From NCBI GenBank assembly GCA_964016885.1, contig OZ024743.1:249922001-249986000 (forward strand): a stretch of 64,000 bases of DNA, given 5' to 3'. The notes below the pieces were generated by a model. The model was not told where the DNA came from. It ran no database searches and saw only the letters and a list, made by a program, of their open reading frames with translations. The stretch's first letter is position 1; the number at the start of each line of letters is the position of its first letter. The position numbers and the translations under genes are program-made. The DNA comes from Eledone cirrhosa (taxonomy: Eukaryota). Below, one piece after another: positions 12,497 through 25,619 of the stretch.

Positions 12497-12897
12497 TATC
12501 ATCATCATCATCATTTTACGTCCGCTTTTCCCTGCTTGCAAGGGTTTGACGGGTCCTATTCAGCACAGCATCTGTCCACTTGTCATGGTCCTTCGTCATC
12601 TCCTCGGTGAGTTTCAGCGATCTGAGGTCTGCTCTCATCACCTCCGCCCATGTTTTACATGGTCTACCTCTACTGCGTCTTCCTTCTACTGGGATTTCTT
12701 GGCACTTCTTTACCCAGTGGTCATCCTCCATGCGCATCACATGCCCATACCATCACAGGCTTCTCTCCTGCACACCACAACTTATCCCTCTTATACCCAG
12801 TTTCTTTCTCAACTCGTCTATGTTTGGTCGTTCACACACATTGACATTGCACATCCAACGGAGCATACTTGCTTCATTTCTCTCCAGCCGTCGCATA
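12497..12897 (-). mobile_element. RTE LINE 3' fragment (young subfamily)
   Basis: Encodes MRMEDDHWVKKCQEIPVEGRRSRGRPCKTW; nearly identical to ~27830-28190; (gat)n tail. Confidence 0.9.
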
Positions 12898-13747
12898 TTG
12901 TGTGTGTTTATATCCTGAAACGTAGTGGTGTGATAAAAAGTGATTGATAAATTAAGTATTAGATTTTAAAAAGTTATTACTGGGGTTGATTTGAATAAAT
13001 AAATCCCTTGAAGACTGCCTGTCATAAACAGTTTAAACGAATGTTATAAGCTACAGTTTAGGACTTCACAATCTGTAGGAACCCTAAAATAATTCATTCT
13101 TTGAGTACCAGTGCCATTTTGGGTATTTTAATGTTCCAGCCTAGGATCACATTATTTTTAGCAGTTAAAAATATATATTGTATTTTTCAGAATATAAAGG
13201 TTGTGAGGACTATTCAGCTGTGTCAATGACTTGACAACTTCCCTGGTGTTGGTGTCATGATAAAATGCATTTGTTAGTGCAAGAATGTATGTAAGTGAGA
13301 TGCAACTCCCAGTCCATTGAAGGGGTCAGTAGTTTTGATTAAGTACTGACCTGGTCTTCTGTGCTGACAGCCTGTTCAACCTTTACTAGCAGGGAAAGCA
13401 GGCATTAAATGATGATGATAAAATATGTCATTATATGACACAACTTTATTTTTGGAGAAATAAAAAAGGTGAGAAAACGTTATTGTAGCAACGAATATAT
13501 TTATTATAGTATCTAACTATATAAGAACACTGGAACATTTTGTCAAATTTGGGGGTAAAAATGGGCATCTTATAGATAAAAAATACAGTACTTTATCTGG
13601 ACAGTATATCTTTAGCAGCATATCTTTAGCACACAAGAGGTAGGAGCCTTTTTGAAACAAACAGTTAAAGATATATTTCGTCTTTACCTAAGTTTGATTG
13701 TATGGCAATATGTTCTCAGTTTATTTGTAACCTGGTTCTATCTTTTA

Positions 13748-14013
13748 ATTAACTCTTTCCATGACAGAACTATTTTTGCTATTATACAGTTCAGGCTGAG
13801 ATATAAAACATTCATTTTTGCATTTAAAAAAAAAAAGAAAAAAGAAATGATTAAAAATCAAATCAAAGAGATGTTTTGATCAAATTTGCTTTATTTAGTT
13901 TCACTGGAACCTGTGGTTCACAATCTAAACTACACTATACCTGTATGTCTTTGGTATATGAGGGGTGGGCAGTAAAAGACATACCATTGTATTTTTGGCA
14001 CAAAAAGAGTTAA
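13748..14013. mobile_element. Possible TTAA-flanked MITE
   Basis: ttaactcttt..tgaca / tggcacaaaaagagttaa short inverted termini. Confidence 0.35.
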
Positions 14014-16789
14014 AAAGCACATATGTTTTCAATTTTCAAGTTATCTTCTTTTATAATTTGTTAACACACCTACCAACATATATATAGTTTATATGTACCT
14101 AAAAATATTTATCTATTTCCTGTGTGAAAATTTTCCTTAAAATAAAATAATTTTTTGAAAAAAAAAAACAACAATGAAATGAACAGGTTAAATTAACTAA
14201 AAAGAAGTACTTCATACACATGTGAACAGAAGTAACTAGATTGTGGGTTTTAATCACTATAGACGTTTTTCCTTTTCCTCTGCATAAGTCATGCATATGA
14301 ATAACTTTTAATATATGTGAATTGCCATCAATTTTGATGACACGGGCTCACACACACACTCTCACACACACACATATATATATATATCACATACACTTAG
14401 TAATTCATAAAAATTATATTGAAATAAGATGAAACATATATATATCTTAATTATGAATAAATAAATAAAATAAAGACAGTTTGATTCGTTAAATCTGTTG
14501 GAATTTATATTAATTAAGTTTAAAAAAAAGTAATCTGTGATAAATTATAACATAGCAAATTAACATATTTAAGGGATATACTATACTTTAAGTAATTAGG
14601 GGGCTACTTTCTTTCTCCTTCTTCTAGATAATTTATTCCTGACAATCCTTGTTGTTTATCCCAGGTCATCATTGATTGATTTATGATCAAATGTTATCCT
14701 TATAGACAGTAACCATCCCATCCTTACCCTATGTGATCATATAAGTTAGGACTATGATTACATTATCCAATGTGTCCTTTTGCTAAAATGGTAAGGTGGT
14801 GGCATGATTTGAGGGAGATTTGGCTGCCATTTCTAATAGGGTGAGTGACCATGAAGAGGCTCTCTCATCAGTCAGACTCCATCTGGGTTTAATTTTATGG
14901 GAGTAAGAGACATGGGAGGCTGAAATAATGTCTCTGATGCGAAGTCAAGCAGAAAGAATTAAAAAAAATTACAAAAATATGTAAGAAGTAGAAGTTTATT
15001 TGAGCCAAACATATTTCCCATGTCTTACCTATATTTCCACATCTTCAGCAATATTGAAACATTTTAGGGATTTAAACATGTTTAGATGAAAATATCAAAT
15101 TACATTGAAAATCATTTTTTTAATGAAAATGAGGTTATGTATTTTTCATAACTTTAAAACTATGTATGTTTGTGTGTGTGTGTGCTTGTGTGTGAGTATG
15201 CATGTCTTTGCATGTGTGTGTAAGTGTGCATGTCTGTGTGTGTGTGAGAGAGAGAGAGGAGTGTGACATATGTGAGTAGAATGAACATATATAGTATATA
15301 ACCATATTATTCTACAGATCCACGTGAGGTCAACTTTGCTTTTCATTCATTTGAGATCAATACATAAAGAACCATTCCAAGAGTTGAGGACTGGCAGAAT
15401 TGTTATGGAGTTGGACAGAATGATTCAGTTCTATGTGTTCTGAGTTTGAATCCTAACGGTAGATAGCATCAACAATGGAAGCATTCTTTTTTTTTTTTAT
15501 CTAATCTAACAATTGGCTCCTTTCCTTTTTATTCTAAGCAACATATTTGGAGTGAAACATTTTACCAAAGTCAAATTTCTCTATTCTACATATATCTAAA
15601 TAAATATATATTAATCCTTTTATTATCATATTTCTAATAATTTTCAAATCTATTTGAAAATAATCAAGAATTTAGGAACAGGTTTAGTAATATGATTTTT
15701 TCATTATTACATTGATGTTTGGAACATAAGAAAGGTTCTTACATAAAATTATGGTGGAAAGTTTTTAGGCAAATATAAGTTGTTAACCCTTTTATTGAAA
15801 TATTTCTAATGAAAGTCAATGCCTATGATTTCCAAATCATTTGGAAAATAATCAGGAATTTAGGGCTAGGTTTTGTAATAAAACTAACTTTCTCATTATT
15901 AAGCTGGTGTTTGGAACATAATTTAAGAAAGGTTCTTACATAAAATTATGGTGGAAAGGTTTAAAAATAAATAGCTTTACATCACAAAACCAGAATGGAG
16001 TGGTGGTGCTATCAAAAGGATTAATATCATAAGGTTTTTATGTACTTCCCTTGAAAACTCTACTGAATTAGCTTCAGTGCATTAGAAGTTTACTACTTAA
16101 GTGAAATCCAGTGCAAAGCTGTTCACTTGACAAAATAGTCTTGTCATTTATCTATTTCGTTAATTCCTTTTTTATGTCAACTAAGCTACATATGGTGTTT
16201 ATCTTATTTTATCCTATCCTTATACAAATAAGGGGAATTAAAGTACTCTAATCATTGCTACAACCTATCAATGCACCCAGTCCACTCTGTAAAGTGGTTG
16301 CACTGGTGCAATGATAAATGCACCCAGTCGACGTTGTAAAGTGGTAGGGATGGCTCTACAATAAAATACACCCAGTGCACTTTGTAGAGTAGTAATGCTA
16401 CGACCATGCTTTACATTCACGTGGATATGAAATACTCCCTTTCAATGTTTGTGTGCAAGTGTGTGTATAATGAGGATAGCTTAATACTCTGGGTGTATAA
16501 TGAGGTTAGCTTACCTACACTGAGTGTATAATGAGGGTAGTTTACAACACTGGGTGTATAATGAGAGTAGCTTACTTCAGTGGGTGTGAAATGTGTAACC
16601 CTTTCGATAACAAACTCTCTGACATTACCCATGGTTCTGCAATGCAAAACTGTTTTAAAGCATTTATATTTATGAAAAACCTTCCATCAAAATCCCTCCA
16701 AACTCTTGAATATTTTCAAAATTATTTGAAAATCGTAAACAGTGTCTTTTATTAGAAATATGGTAAAGGAAAAGCTAATGCGCATGAAC

Positions 16790-17130
16790 AAAGGAGCACG
16801 AAGATGAGAGAAAAAACAACAACTTGGTATAAGAGGAATTAACTGTTGTGTGCAAGGGGGGAAAACAGTACTGGTGTATCATACATACACATGTGATGCA
16901 TATGAAGGATGACAGTTGGTGAAAGAAATGTCAAGCTAACCAAGTGGAAGGTAGATGCCTGAAGAAGAGGGAGACCAAATATGATAGAGGAAATAGTGGT
17001 GAAGGGTAAGCTCAGGAGACTGAATCTCACAAAGGCGATGACAAGGAACTGTAAGAAGTCGAGAGATGCTGTGATTGAGAAGACCCACAGTCATAGTAAA
17101 AACAAGCGTATACTGATGATGATGATGATG
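16790..17130 (+). mobile_element. Diverged RTE LINE 3' fragment
   Basis: Aligns by eye to 30342-30660 (ggtataagaggaatt..tgtgcaag, gaagaagaggg agacc); ends in (gat)n. Confidence 0.75.
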
Positions 17131-17204
17131 TGTGGCGTGTATGCATATCAATGTCTCAATCAAAAAGAAAATAATAATATTTTAATATATTTTTGTATGT
17201 GCAA

Positions 17205-17350
17205 TGGCTGTGTTGGTTAAGGAGTTTGTTTCATAACCACATGGTTTTAATTTCATACCCACTGCATGGAACCTTGGGCAAGTGTCTTCTTTGATAGATT
17301 TGGACTGTCTAATGCCTTGTGAGTGAAATTTGATAGATGGAAACTGTACA
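17205..17350 (+). mobile_element. tRNA-derived SINE family C fragment (related pieces at ~11200-11310 and ~32335-32430)
   Basis: tggctgtgttggttaaggag head; ccttgggcaagtgtcttct..gccttgtgagtgaaatttg core. Confidence 0.6.
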
Positions 17351-18409
17351 GAGATGGACATTAAACGATGATGATGATATATATATTATATATATATATG
17401 TGTGTGTGTGAGTGATGCTGTCTAACCCATGCCTGCATGGAAAGATAGATGTTAAATGGTGATGGTAATGATGATGAAATGTGTGTATATCCATGCTTAC
17501 ATTTACTGTTAGTTTATGTCCCATAACTTAACAGTTCAACAAACTAGAGATCGATAAAATATATACCACACTTTAAAAAAAAAGAAAAAGAAGTAATAGA
17601 GTCAATATGATTGACTAAAATCTTTTCATGGCAGTGCCCCAGTATGGCCACAGTCGTTTGTTTGAAACCAGTAAAAAAATAAAAGAATTTAAACAGTCAA
17701 ATCTTAAACCATAGGCCCCTCCCTATGAACAGAAACAAGAAAACATTTTTAAACTCATGAAAGATGATTTAGTTTTTGTCTTTCCCATTCTACCCTATTT
17801 TTTTTTTCTATTTCTTATTTAAGTCAGTAAAAGTAAAAAAAAGTCAAGATATTTTAAATGTTGGCGTTGTAATTTAAGTAGATCTTGGTGCAACATTTTG
17901 GTTCAAAGAATTTTCTAGATATATTTATTTATTTTCCTAATAAAATGGTTAAACAACCCGGAAGATAAATAGTGATGCACCCCCCCCCCCCAATCATTGT
18001 CGTACTCATAACAGCATGAAAATCTTCATATAAAAACAATGTCAGACTCTGTACTCATCATGGCATGAGTAACCCCCATATGATAAAATATAGTTCAAAA
18101 CACTATATTTTATTTCTTCTTTCATTCTCTGATTTCTTCTTTCACTGAATGGTCACATAATATATGGATAGAAAGTATTGTCATAGGTTATTTGTTTCCA
18201 TATTTGATTCAACATAGTAACTTAATTATTGGCTATTACAATGATTTCTGAATTTCTTCAGTCTATCAAAAAAACTTCTTATCTCTGCATATAATATAGC
18301 AAGTTGGAAATGATTGTTGTCTCTTTCTTTTCTTTTTTATAATGATGATGATGATAATAATTTTTTCAACTCTGGATTAGTGATATCCACTGTTTCTTTT
18401 GAAGTAGAT

Positions 18410-18750
18410 TGAAAGTAGTGCATACTACATTTGAATGGGGTTCCCTTGAAACAGGGGAAGATGTTCAAGTATCTCGTGGCCATGTTCACAAGTGATGAAA
18501 GGCAGAAGGCTGAATTAAATGCAAGAATTGCAAGAGCTGGTGCAGTAATGCACCAGCTTCAACATTCAGTAATCAGAAGGGTAGGTAGGTGTAAAAGACA
18601 TACTATCTTCAATTCAATATTCGTGCCAACCCTTACCTATGGTCATAAATTTTGGGTAATGACTGAAAGAATACAATTGTGAATACAAGCAGCTGAAATG
18701 GGGTTCCTCCGAAGGGTCTTTGGAGTAATATTATTCAATAGAGTGCAGAG
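18410..18750 (+). mobile_element. Rex3/Expander-like RTE LINE fragment (region C-terminal to RT)
   Basis: FKYL..FTSD..ARIARA..IFVPTLTYGHKFWVMTER..IQAAEMGFLRRV matches the typical Rex3-type motif. Confidence 0.85.
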
Positions 18751-19101
18751 AAGATTGGAAAAAATGAAAATGAAAATGGTTTGATGGATAAGTGAAGTAT
18801 TACAAAGAGGGAGATGGTCTGGGAGAGATAAACAAGGGACTGCAGCAGATGCTGAGAATAAAGCCAGTGATGGAATGGAATGTGATGGCTGGGTCATGTG
18901 TTGAGGAAGGATGAAACTAACTGGGTGAGAGGAATAGAGCAAGTGATGAATGTTATTAAGAGAAATGGAATGAGATGGATGGGTCATGTGTTGAGGAAGG
19001 ATGGAAGTGAAAGGAATAGACCTAGTGATGTTTGTTGTGAAGACAAATGGAATGAAATAGTTGGGTCACTACATCTGATTCCTTTCATACCCAGCTCATC
19101 T

Positions 19102-19175
19102 GGTGGCTCATTTGGTAGGAGTGCTGGACTTTGTAGCTTACATTGTGAAGTTATTGGTTCAATCCCTAGCTGGGA
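19102..19175 (+). mobile_element. tRNA-like SINE head
   Basis: A box tggctcatttgg and B box ggttcaatccc; no complete cloverleaf. Confidence 0.5.
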
Positions 19176-19254
19176 TTGTAGAATTAATATATACATATAT
19201 ATATGTATGTAAAAGGTAAACAGAAATAACAAAGCAAACAACACAATACATTGA

Positions 19255-19335
19255 AGAAATATATTAGTGTAATGCTTGAAATAGCAGGAAAAGAATCTTA
19301 ACGCTTTTGGATACTAGTCCTTCATCAGAAGGTAC
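19255..19335 (-). ncRNA. Degenerate hammerhead-like motif, family D
   Basis: Minus strand ttCTGATGAaGGActagtaTCCaaaagcgttaaga; homologous to 33340. Confidence 0.45.
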
Positions 19336-19659
19336 ATTTAGGAATAGAAGTTAAATAGAAAGTTAAAGAGTGAGAAGAGGAAGAAACGAGGAAACAATGA
19401 GAAAAAAAAGGGGAAAAGGCACATGTCAGTCATATATATTCACACAAACACTATATTGGAAAATAATCGTTCAGTCACCTCTCTATTCTTATATCAGATT
19501 GATAAGGATGGATGCAAGGGTTAGGGCAGAATTCAGAAGTTTGTCATGCGGATCCCTAATGCTAACCCCTGCTTTAACAGGGAACAACCATCTTCAAATG
19601 TTTGATAGGGGAAAATAAGTGAAAAGAAAGAGGTTCAAACACTAAGTCGGTGGAAAGAC

Positions 19660-19801
19660 AGACAGTGAGTGTGTGTGTGTGACAGTGGGAGAGATAGAGA
19701 GAGAAAGAGTGTGTGTGTGTGTGAGACAATGGGAGAGATAGAGACAGAGTGTGCGTGTGTGAGAGAGTGAAAGATAGAGAGTGTGTGTGTGAGAGAATGA
19801 C

Positions 19802-19832
<31 letters not shown>

Positions 19833-20045
19833 GTGTGTGAGAGAATGACAGAAAGAGAGAGAGAGAAAAAGGGTGTGTGAGAGAATGACAGAGAGAGAGA
19901 GAGAGAAAGGGTGTGTGAGAGAATGACAGAAAGAGAGAGAGAGAAAAAGGGTGTGTGAGAGAATGACAGAAAGAGAGAGAGAGAAAAAGGGTGTGTGAGA
20001 GAATGACAGAGAGAGAGAGAGAGAAAGGGTGTGTGAGAGAATGAC

Positions 20046-20082
<37 letters not shown>

Positions 20083-20099
20083 GTGTGTGAGAGAATGAC

Positions 20100-20136
<37 letters not shown>

Positions 20137-20669
20137 GTGTTAAAGAGAATGACAGACAGAGAGAGAGAGAGAAAGGGTGTGTGAGAGAATGACAGAGAGA
20201 GAGAGAGAGAGAAAGGGTGTGTGAGAGAATGACAGAGAGAGAGAGAGAGAAAGGGTGTGTGAGAGAATGACAGAGATAGAGAGAGAGAGAAAGGGTGTGT
20301 GCATATGAGAGACTGAGTGAGAGACAGAGTGTGTGTGAGGGAGAGAGTGAAAGATAGAGAATGTGTGTGAGAGAATGACAGATAGAGAGAGAGAGAGAGA
20401 GAAAGGGTGTGTGAGAGAATGACAGAAAGAGAGAGAGAGAGAGAGAAAGGGTGTTAAAGAGAATGACAGACAGAGAGAGAGAGAGAAAGGGTGTGTGAGA
20501 GAATGACAGAGAGAGAGAGAAAGGGTGTGTGCATATGAGAGACTGAGTGAGAGACAGAGTGCGTGTGAGGGAGAGAGTGAAAGATAGAGAATGTGTGTGA
20601 GAGAATGACAGATAGAGAGAGAGTGTCAGAAACAGAGAGCGAGAGGGAGAGAGGGATGGAGAGAGAGAT

Positions 20670-20718
<49 letters not shown>

Positions 20719-20726
20719 GGGAGAGA
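19660..20726. repeat. GA-rich minisatellite (AAAGGGTGTGTGAGAGAATGACAG plus variable (GA)n)
   Basis: More than 15 copies of a fixed core with variable-length GA runs. Confidence 0.95.
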
Positions 20727-21214
20727 AATTATATAATTTCTATAATTTCTACTTAATTGTCTTTTTAATTAGTAAGTGCAAAATCATGCGATAATGCATT
20801 TAATAATTTTGGGGGTGAAGGAAGGAGGGAAGAAAGAAGAAAAGAAGGAAGGATACAGTCTACAGTCTTTAGAGTTCATAAAATATTAATTTTTAGTTTT
20901 AAGTTGTCACATTTTCAGAAAAGTAATTTACAACCAGAAGTCATTAAAGAGGGAAATGTAATGTTTTACCTATTGATTTGGTTAACGACGTGTGCGTATG
21001 TATGTGTGGGGATATAGGTATGGATGTGTTAGTGTGTAGATATATAGGTGTATGTATATGTATGTATATGAGTGTGTGTTGGTGTGTTGGTATATAGGTG
21101 TATGTGTACAGATCTATTGGCATGTGTTGGTGTGTAAATATATTGGTGTAAGTGTGTGTAAGGATATGTGTTGGTGTGCAGATATATAGGTGTGTGTGTG
21201 TGTATATATATATA

Positions 21215-22077
21215 TCATCATCACCATCACCGTTTTACGTCCGTTCTTCCACGTTAGCATGGGTTAGACGGATTGTCCTGTTGTGGGCAGTGTCCGGTCG
21301 GCTGACCTTGTCTTGCTCATACGGTAATTGATTCTAGCTTGATTTCAACAGCTGGATACCCTTCCTAACACCAACCTCATTTACAGTGAGTGCTGGGTGC
21401 TTTTTTTCTGTGGCACCTACACGTCCACTTTACAGTGTGGGCTGGGTGCTTTTTTGCCATGGCACCTCCATGACTACTTTGCAGTGGGAGGGGGTAGGGG
21501 CATATTGTCTATATGCTTCAGCTTCGGCTTGTACCCATGGGAAGTCGGGTCTTCTGTATTACTGCGTGACTCCAGAGGTAACGGTCATGTGTCATTGCCC
21601 TTGAGAGGTGCAATTGGGTAAGGTCGGCTTTTATCACCACATCCCAGGTCTTCCTTGGGTCTCCCCACTCTGTGGATTCCATCGACTTCTAGTGCTCTGC
21701 ACTTTTTTATGCAGCTGTCATCCTTCATACGCATCACGTGTCCATACCAATGCAACCTCCTCTCCTGCACATAGCATTTGATTCCTCTTATGCTCAGTCT
21801 CTCTCTCAATTCATTTATGCTTTGCCATTAGCGTATATTACTATTACACATCCATCGGAGCATGCAAGCTTCGTTTCTTTCTAATCTGCGCAAATCTTCC
21901 ACAGACAGCGCCCAGGTCTTACTACCATGTAACATTGCTGTTCGTATACACGCATCATACAGTCTGCCTTTCATTTTGAGGGAAAAGCCTTTTGCAGCTA
22001 GCAGTGGCAGTAGCTCCCTGAACTTCTTCCATCCCGTTCTTGCCCTAGTTATTGTACTTTCTGAACACCCGCCTCCA

Positions 22078-22078
<1 letters not shown>
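21215..22078 (-). mobile_element. RTE LINE 3' fragment, second subfamily with a long SINE-like 3' UTR
   Basis: Encodes VQERRLHWYGHVMRMKDD..GRP; continues into 49-bp units and a (gat)n tail; same layout as 46765-47756. Confidence 0.85.
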
Positions 22079-22120
<42 letters not shown>

Positions 22121-22389
22121 ATTGTATTGGTGTCTAGATATATAGGTGTATGTGTATATCTATGGGTGTGTATTGTGTAGATATATAGGTGTATGTGTAT
22201 ATCTATGGGTGTGTGTTGTGTAGATATATGTGTGTATAAGATCTTCATGATAGACTAGGCCTAGATTTGCTCCATATATGATAACAATTGTTCAACAAAA
22301 CTCCACAGATAAAAAATGCTCGGACACTGGACAATTGTGTGCAGAATGGTTTTTGTGACTGCGTACATATCTAAGATAATGATACAATA

Positions 22390-22970
22390 ATAACTGTTTT
22401 ACATTTATGCACAAGGTCAGTCGTTTTAGGGGAAGATGATAATCAATTCAAGGATTTGAGCTTAGAACGCAAAGGGTCATAACTCTATGCTGCAAAGAAT
22501 GGTGTCTCATACTCTACCAATACAGCCAATCCACCGCCCTAAATAATTGTTTCTAATTTTGGCACAAGGCCAGCAATTTGAAGGGGAGGGGAAAGTCAAT
22601 TAAATCAACGCCAGTGTATTACTGGTGCTTTATTTTATCGACCCTGTAAGGATGAAAAGCAAAGTTAACCTGGCAGGATTTGAAATCGGAACGTAAAGGG
22701 CCATAACTCGGTGCTGCAAAGCATGGCGTCCGACCCTCTACTGATACTGCCAATAATAATATTTTCTACTTTTGGCATAAGGCCAGCAACTTGAAGAGAA
22801 GTAAAAGTCAAATAAATCAATTCCAATGTGTTGCTGGTACTTTATTTTATCGACCCTGTAAGGATGAAAGGCAAAGCTAACATCAGTGGATTTGAACTCA
22901 GAATGTAAAGGGCCATAATTCTATGCCACAAACCATATTGTCCGATGCTCAAATGATACTGCTCATCCAC
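22390..22970 (-). mobile_element. Three head-to-tail SINE A copies (the first internally deleted)
   Basis: Three repeats of ttty(t)ayw..ggcayaaggycag ... gatactgc. Confidence 0.8.
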
Positions 22971-23334
22971 CAAATAACAACAACATAGGTTGAAGATACA
23001 TGAAATACACTGAGAAATTGAGGTGAAAGTAATGGTGATGCTGGTAGGGCTGGTAGTAATGGTGTTGGTTTTAGTGGTAATGATGGTAGTGGTAGGAGTG
23101 GTAGTAATGATGGTGTTTTTGTTGGTAGTGATGGTTGTGGTGGTGAAGGTGTTGGTAAAAAAAACTAATTTAATATATGTGTTGGCAAAAGTATTTGTTT
23201 GAATTACAGACTTGTTTATTCATATAAGTGGATGGTTTAAAACCTTTCATTACCATATTTTTGATGAAAGACTGCCTAAGATTTTCAGTTAAATTTGAAA
23301 ATAATCAAGAATTTGGATGGATTTAGTCTTCTTT

Positions 23335-23822
23335 TTTGCTCACTTATTCCTGAGAGGATCGGGGGGGGGGGGGGGGGGGGGCAGAGTCCTCAAATGCACC
23401 TTCTAGCAGCTCCTGTCAGAAGCAACCATCTCCAACTGATTTGGCTGGATCTCCAAGCGTGATCATCCAAGCTCATGGATGTTATCCAACCATCTTTCGT
23501 CTCCTTACTGGTTGGTTTTGCTCATAAAAATCTTTCCTGAGACATTCTAATCACATACTCATGGTATTGGAGCTGTGATCTCCCAATTCAGAGAAATAGT
23601 GGCTGTACTTGGAGTGACTCTCTGAGCTATGCACTTTATTGAGTAACGTTACTCCAAAGACTCTTTGGAGGGACCTCATTTCGACTGCTTGTATTCTGAT
23701 TGTATTCTGTCGGTCATTACCCAAGATTCATGACTGTAAGTAAGGGTTGGCACGAAAACCGAATTGAAGACAGGGAGTTTGGTTTTTATGCCTACCTTCC
23801 TTTTTCTGATTACTGGATGCTG
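23335..23822 (-). mobile_element. Rex3/Expander-like RTE 3' fragment
   Basis: Reverse complement matches 18600-18730 (gtgccaacccttac..tgggtaatgac..atacaagcag). Confidence 0.8.
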
Positions 23823-25414
23823 AAATTGGATTTAGTAATATAACTAACGTTCTCATTATCCATCTTTTCATTATAATATTTTTAATGAAAGTCTTACATT
23901 TTAAATTATTTTGAAAACAAAATTAAGAATTTTGTGGCAGGTTTAGCAATAAAATAACTCTCTCATTATTAAATTGATGTTTGGAACATATCTTAACAGA
24001 GCTTCTTAGATAAAATTGGAAGGTCTTAGATAAATATAAACACTTTAACCCTTTCATCGCTTTATTTCTAATGAAAGATATTGTCTACAATTTTGAACAA
24101 AATTTAAAATAATCAAATCATAGACAGAAATATGGTAACAAAATGGTTAATAAAATAAATTCATGCAAATATTTTTGGTCTCTACTTTTGCTAAATAAAA
24201 TCTTTGGGGAATATCTATGTTGATATATCTTTGTATGAATGGGAGCTAATGAGACTGGGTTGGTGGGTAGGAGTGGCAGTAAATTATAAACCATAAAATG
24301 TAGAGAAAGTGACAGGTAGTAAGGCATTGAAAAATATTTAAGATAGCTTAAGTGCCTGTGTGTGAGAGAGAGATGGCAGGTGAGAGAGAGAGAGAGAGAC
24401 TGTGTGACAGTATATTAAAGAGAACATAATATTTGTCTAAAGGAGTGTATGTTTTTACATATATTCATGAATGCATAAACATCAATATCATCATTATTTT
24501 ATGCCCACTTATCCATTCTAGCATGGGTTGGATGGGACTTTCCGAGGCAATGTTTAACAGCCAGATGGCCTTCCTGACACCAACCCTTTTAGTCATTTTT
24601 TATGACATGCAGGTATATGGTAGCTATTCTAAACTGGATATACACACACAAATACATACCTACATTCATACATATAAACACACACAAGTGCACACATAAA
24701 TACATAGAGAAAAAGAGTGAAATATGTATATGAATACATATGTACATATGTGGATAAATGATTGTGTTTTGTGTGCATGTACATACACACATGCACACAC
24801 ACACATACACACACACACACACAAATGTATATACATAAACATACACATACACAAACACATATATATTGTGAGAGTGTGTGAAATAAAAAAAGAAGCTATT
24901 ATCAGTTGAGAAGGTGGCAATGTAAATATGAAGAATGTAAAAAATATGTCAATTTTCTGTTTTAAGTTTTGACAGTTCAATAAACAACTGCCAACTTCTG
25001 AGTGAATCCTTACAGAAATGTTTCTTACTTATTTAATACACGGTCGGTCTAATAGAATTGGTAACAATTTTATATAGAAAAAGAAAGCCCATTCTTTAAA
25101 AAATATGCTTTTAAAAATTCTCATAAGAAAATTTAGCTTTGAACATTTGAACTAGGAGAAAGTAAAATTTTAAACTAAATTACTGGTCTAACAGCCATGT
25201 CCTAGGCCCAGAGGTCATCACGCCTTCATCCTCCCATTTTTATGTGACCCTAGAACCCTTGCCTTCCCTTCTTTTCCATTTTTAAATATTAATAAAATTT
25301 CAAGTTAATAAAAAAAAATTCTTACATATATATCAACTAATACATATCTTAATACATATCTTAATTGTACTGTATAGTTTACTGTGTTCTTTTCTGTTTA
25401 CTTTTCACACAAAT

Positions 25415-25474
<60 letters not shown>

Positions 25475-25479
<5 letters not shown>

Positions 25480-25619
25480 ACGAAGGAGGTGTGGTAAGGA
25501 ACCAGATGGACCATAACGCACCAGAGTACTCAATACTTAGGGTAGTAGAGTGGGTAATAGGAAAATGTTTAACCCCGACGGCAGAGCTCAAGCCGTTTTG
25601 ACAGCTATTTCTGGACTAT
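25475..25619 (-). mobile_element. Family E element (hammerhead 3' half plus tail), abutting the LINE 5' end
   Basis: Homologous to copies at 38449, 41697, 45941 and 62305. Confidence 0.85.
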
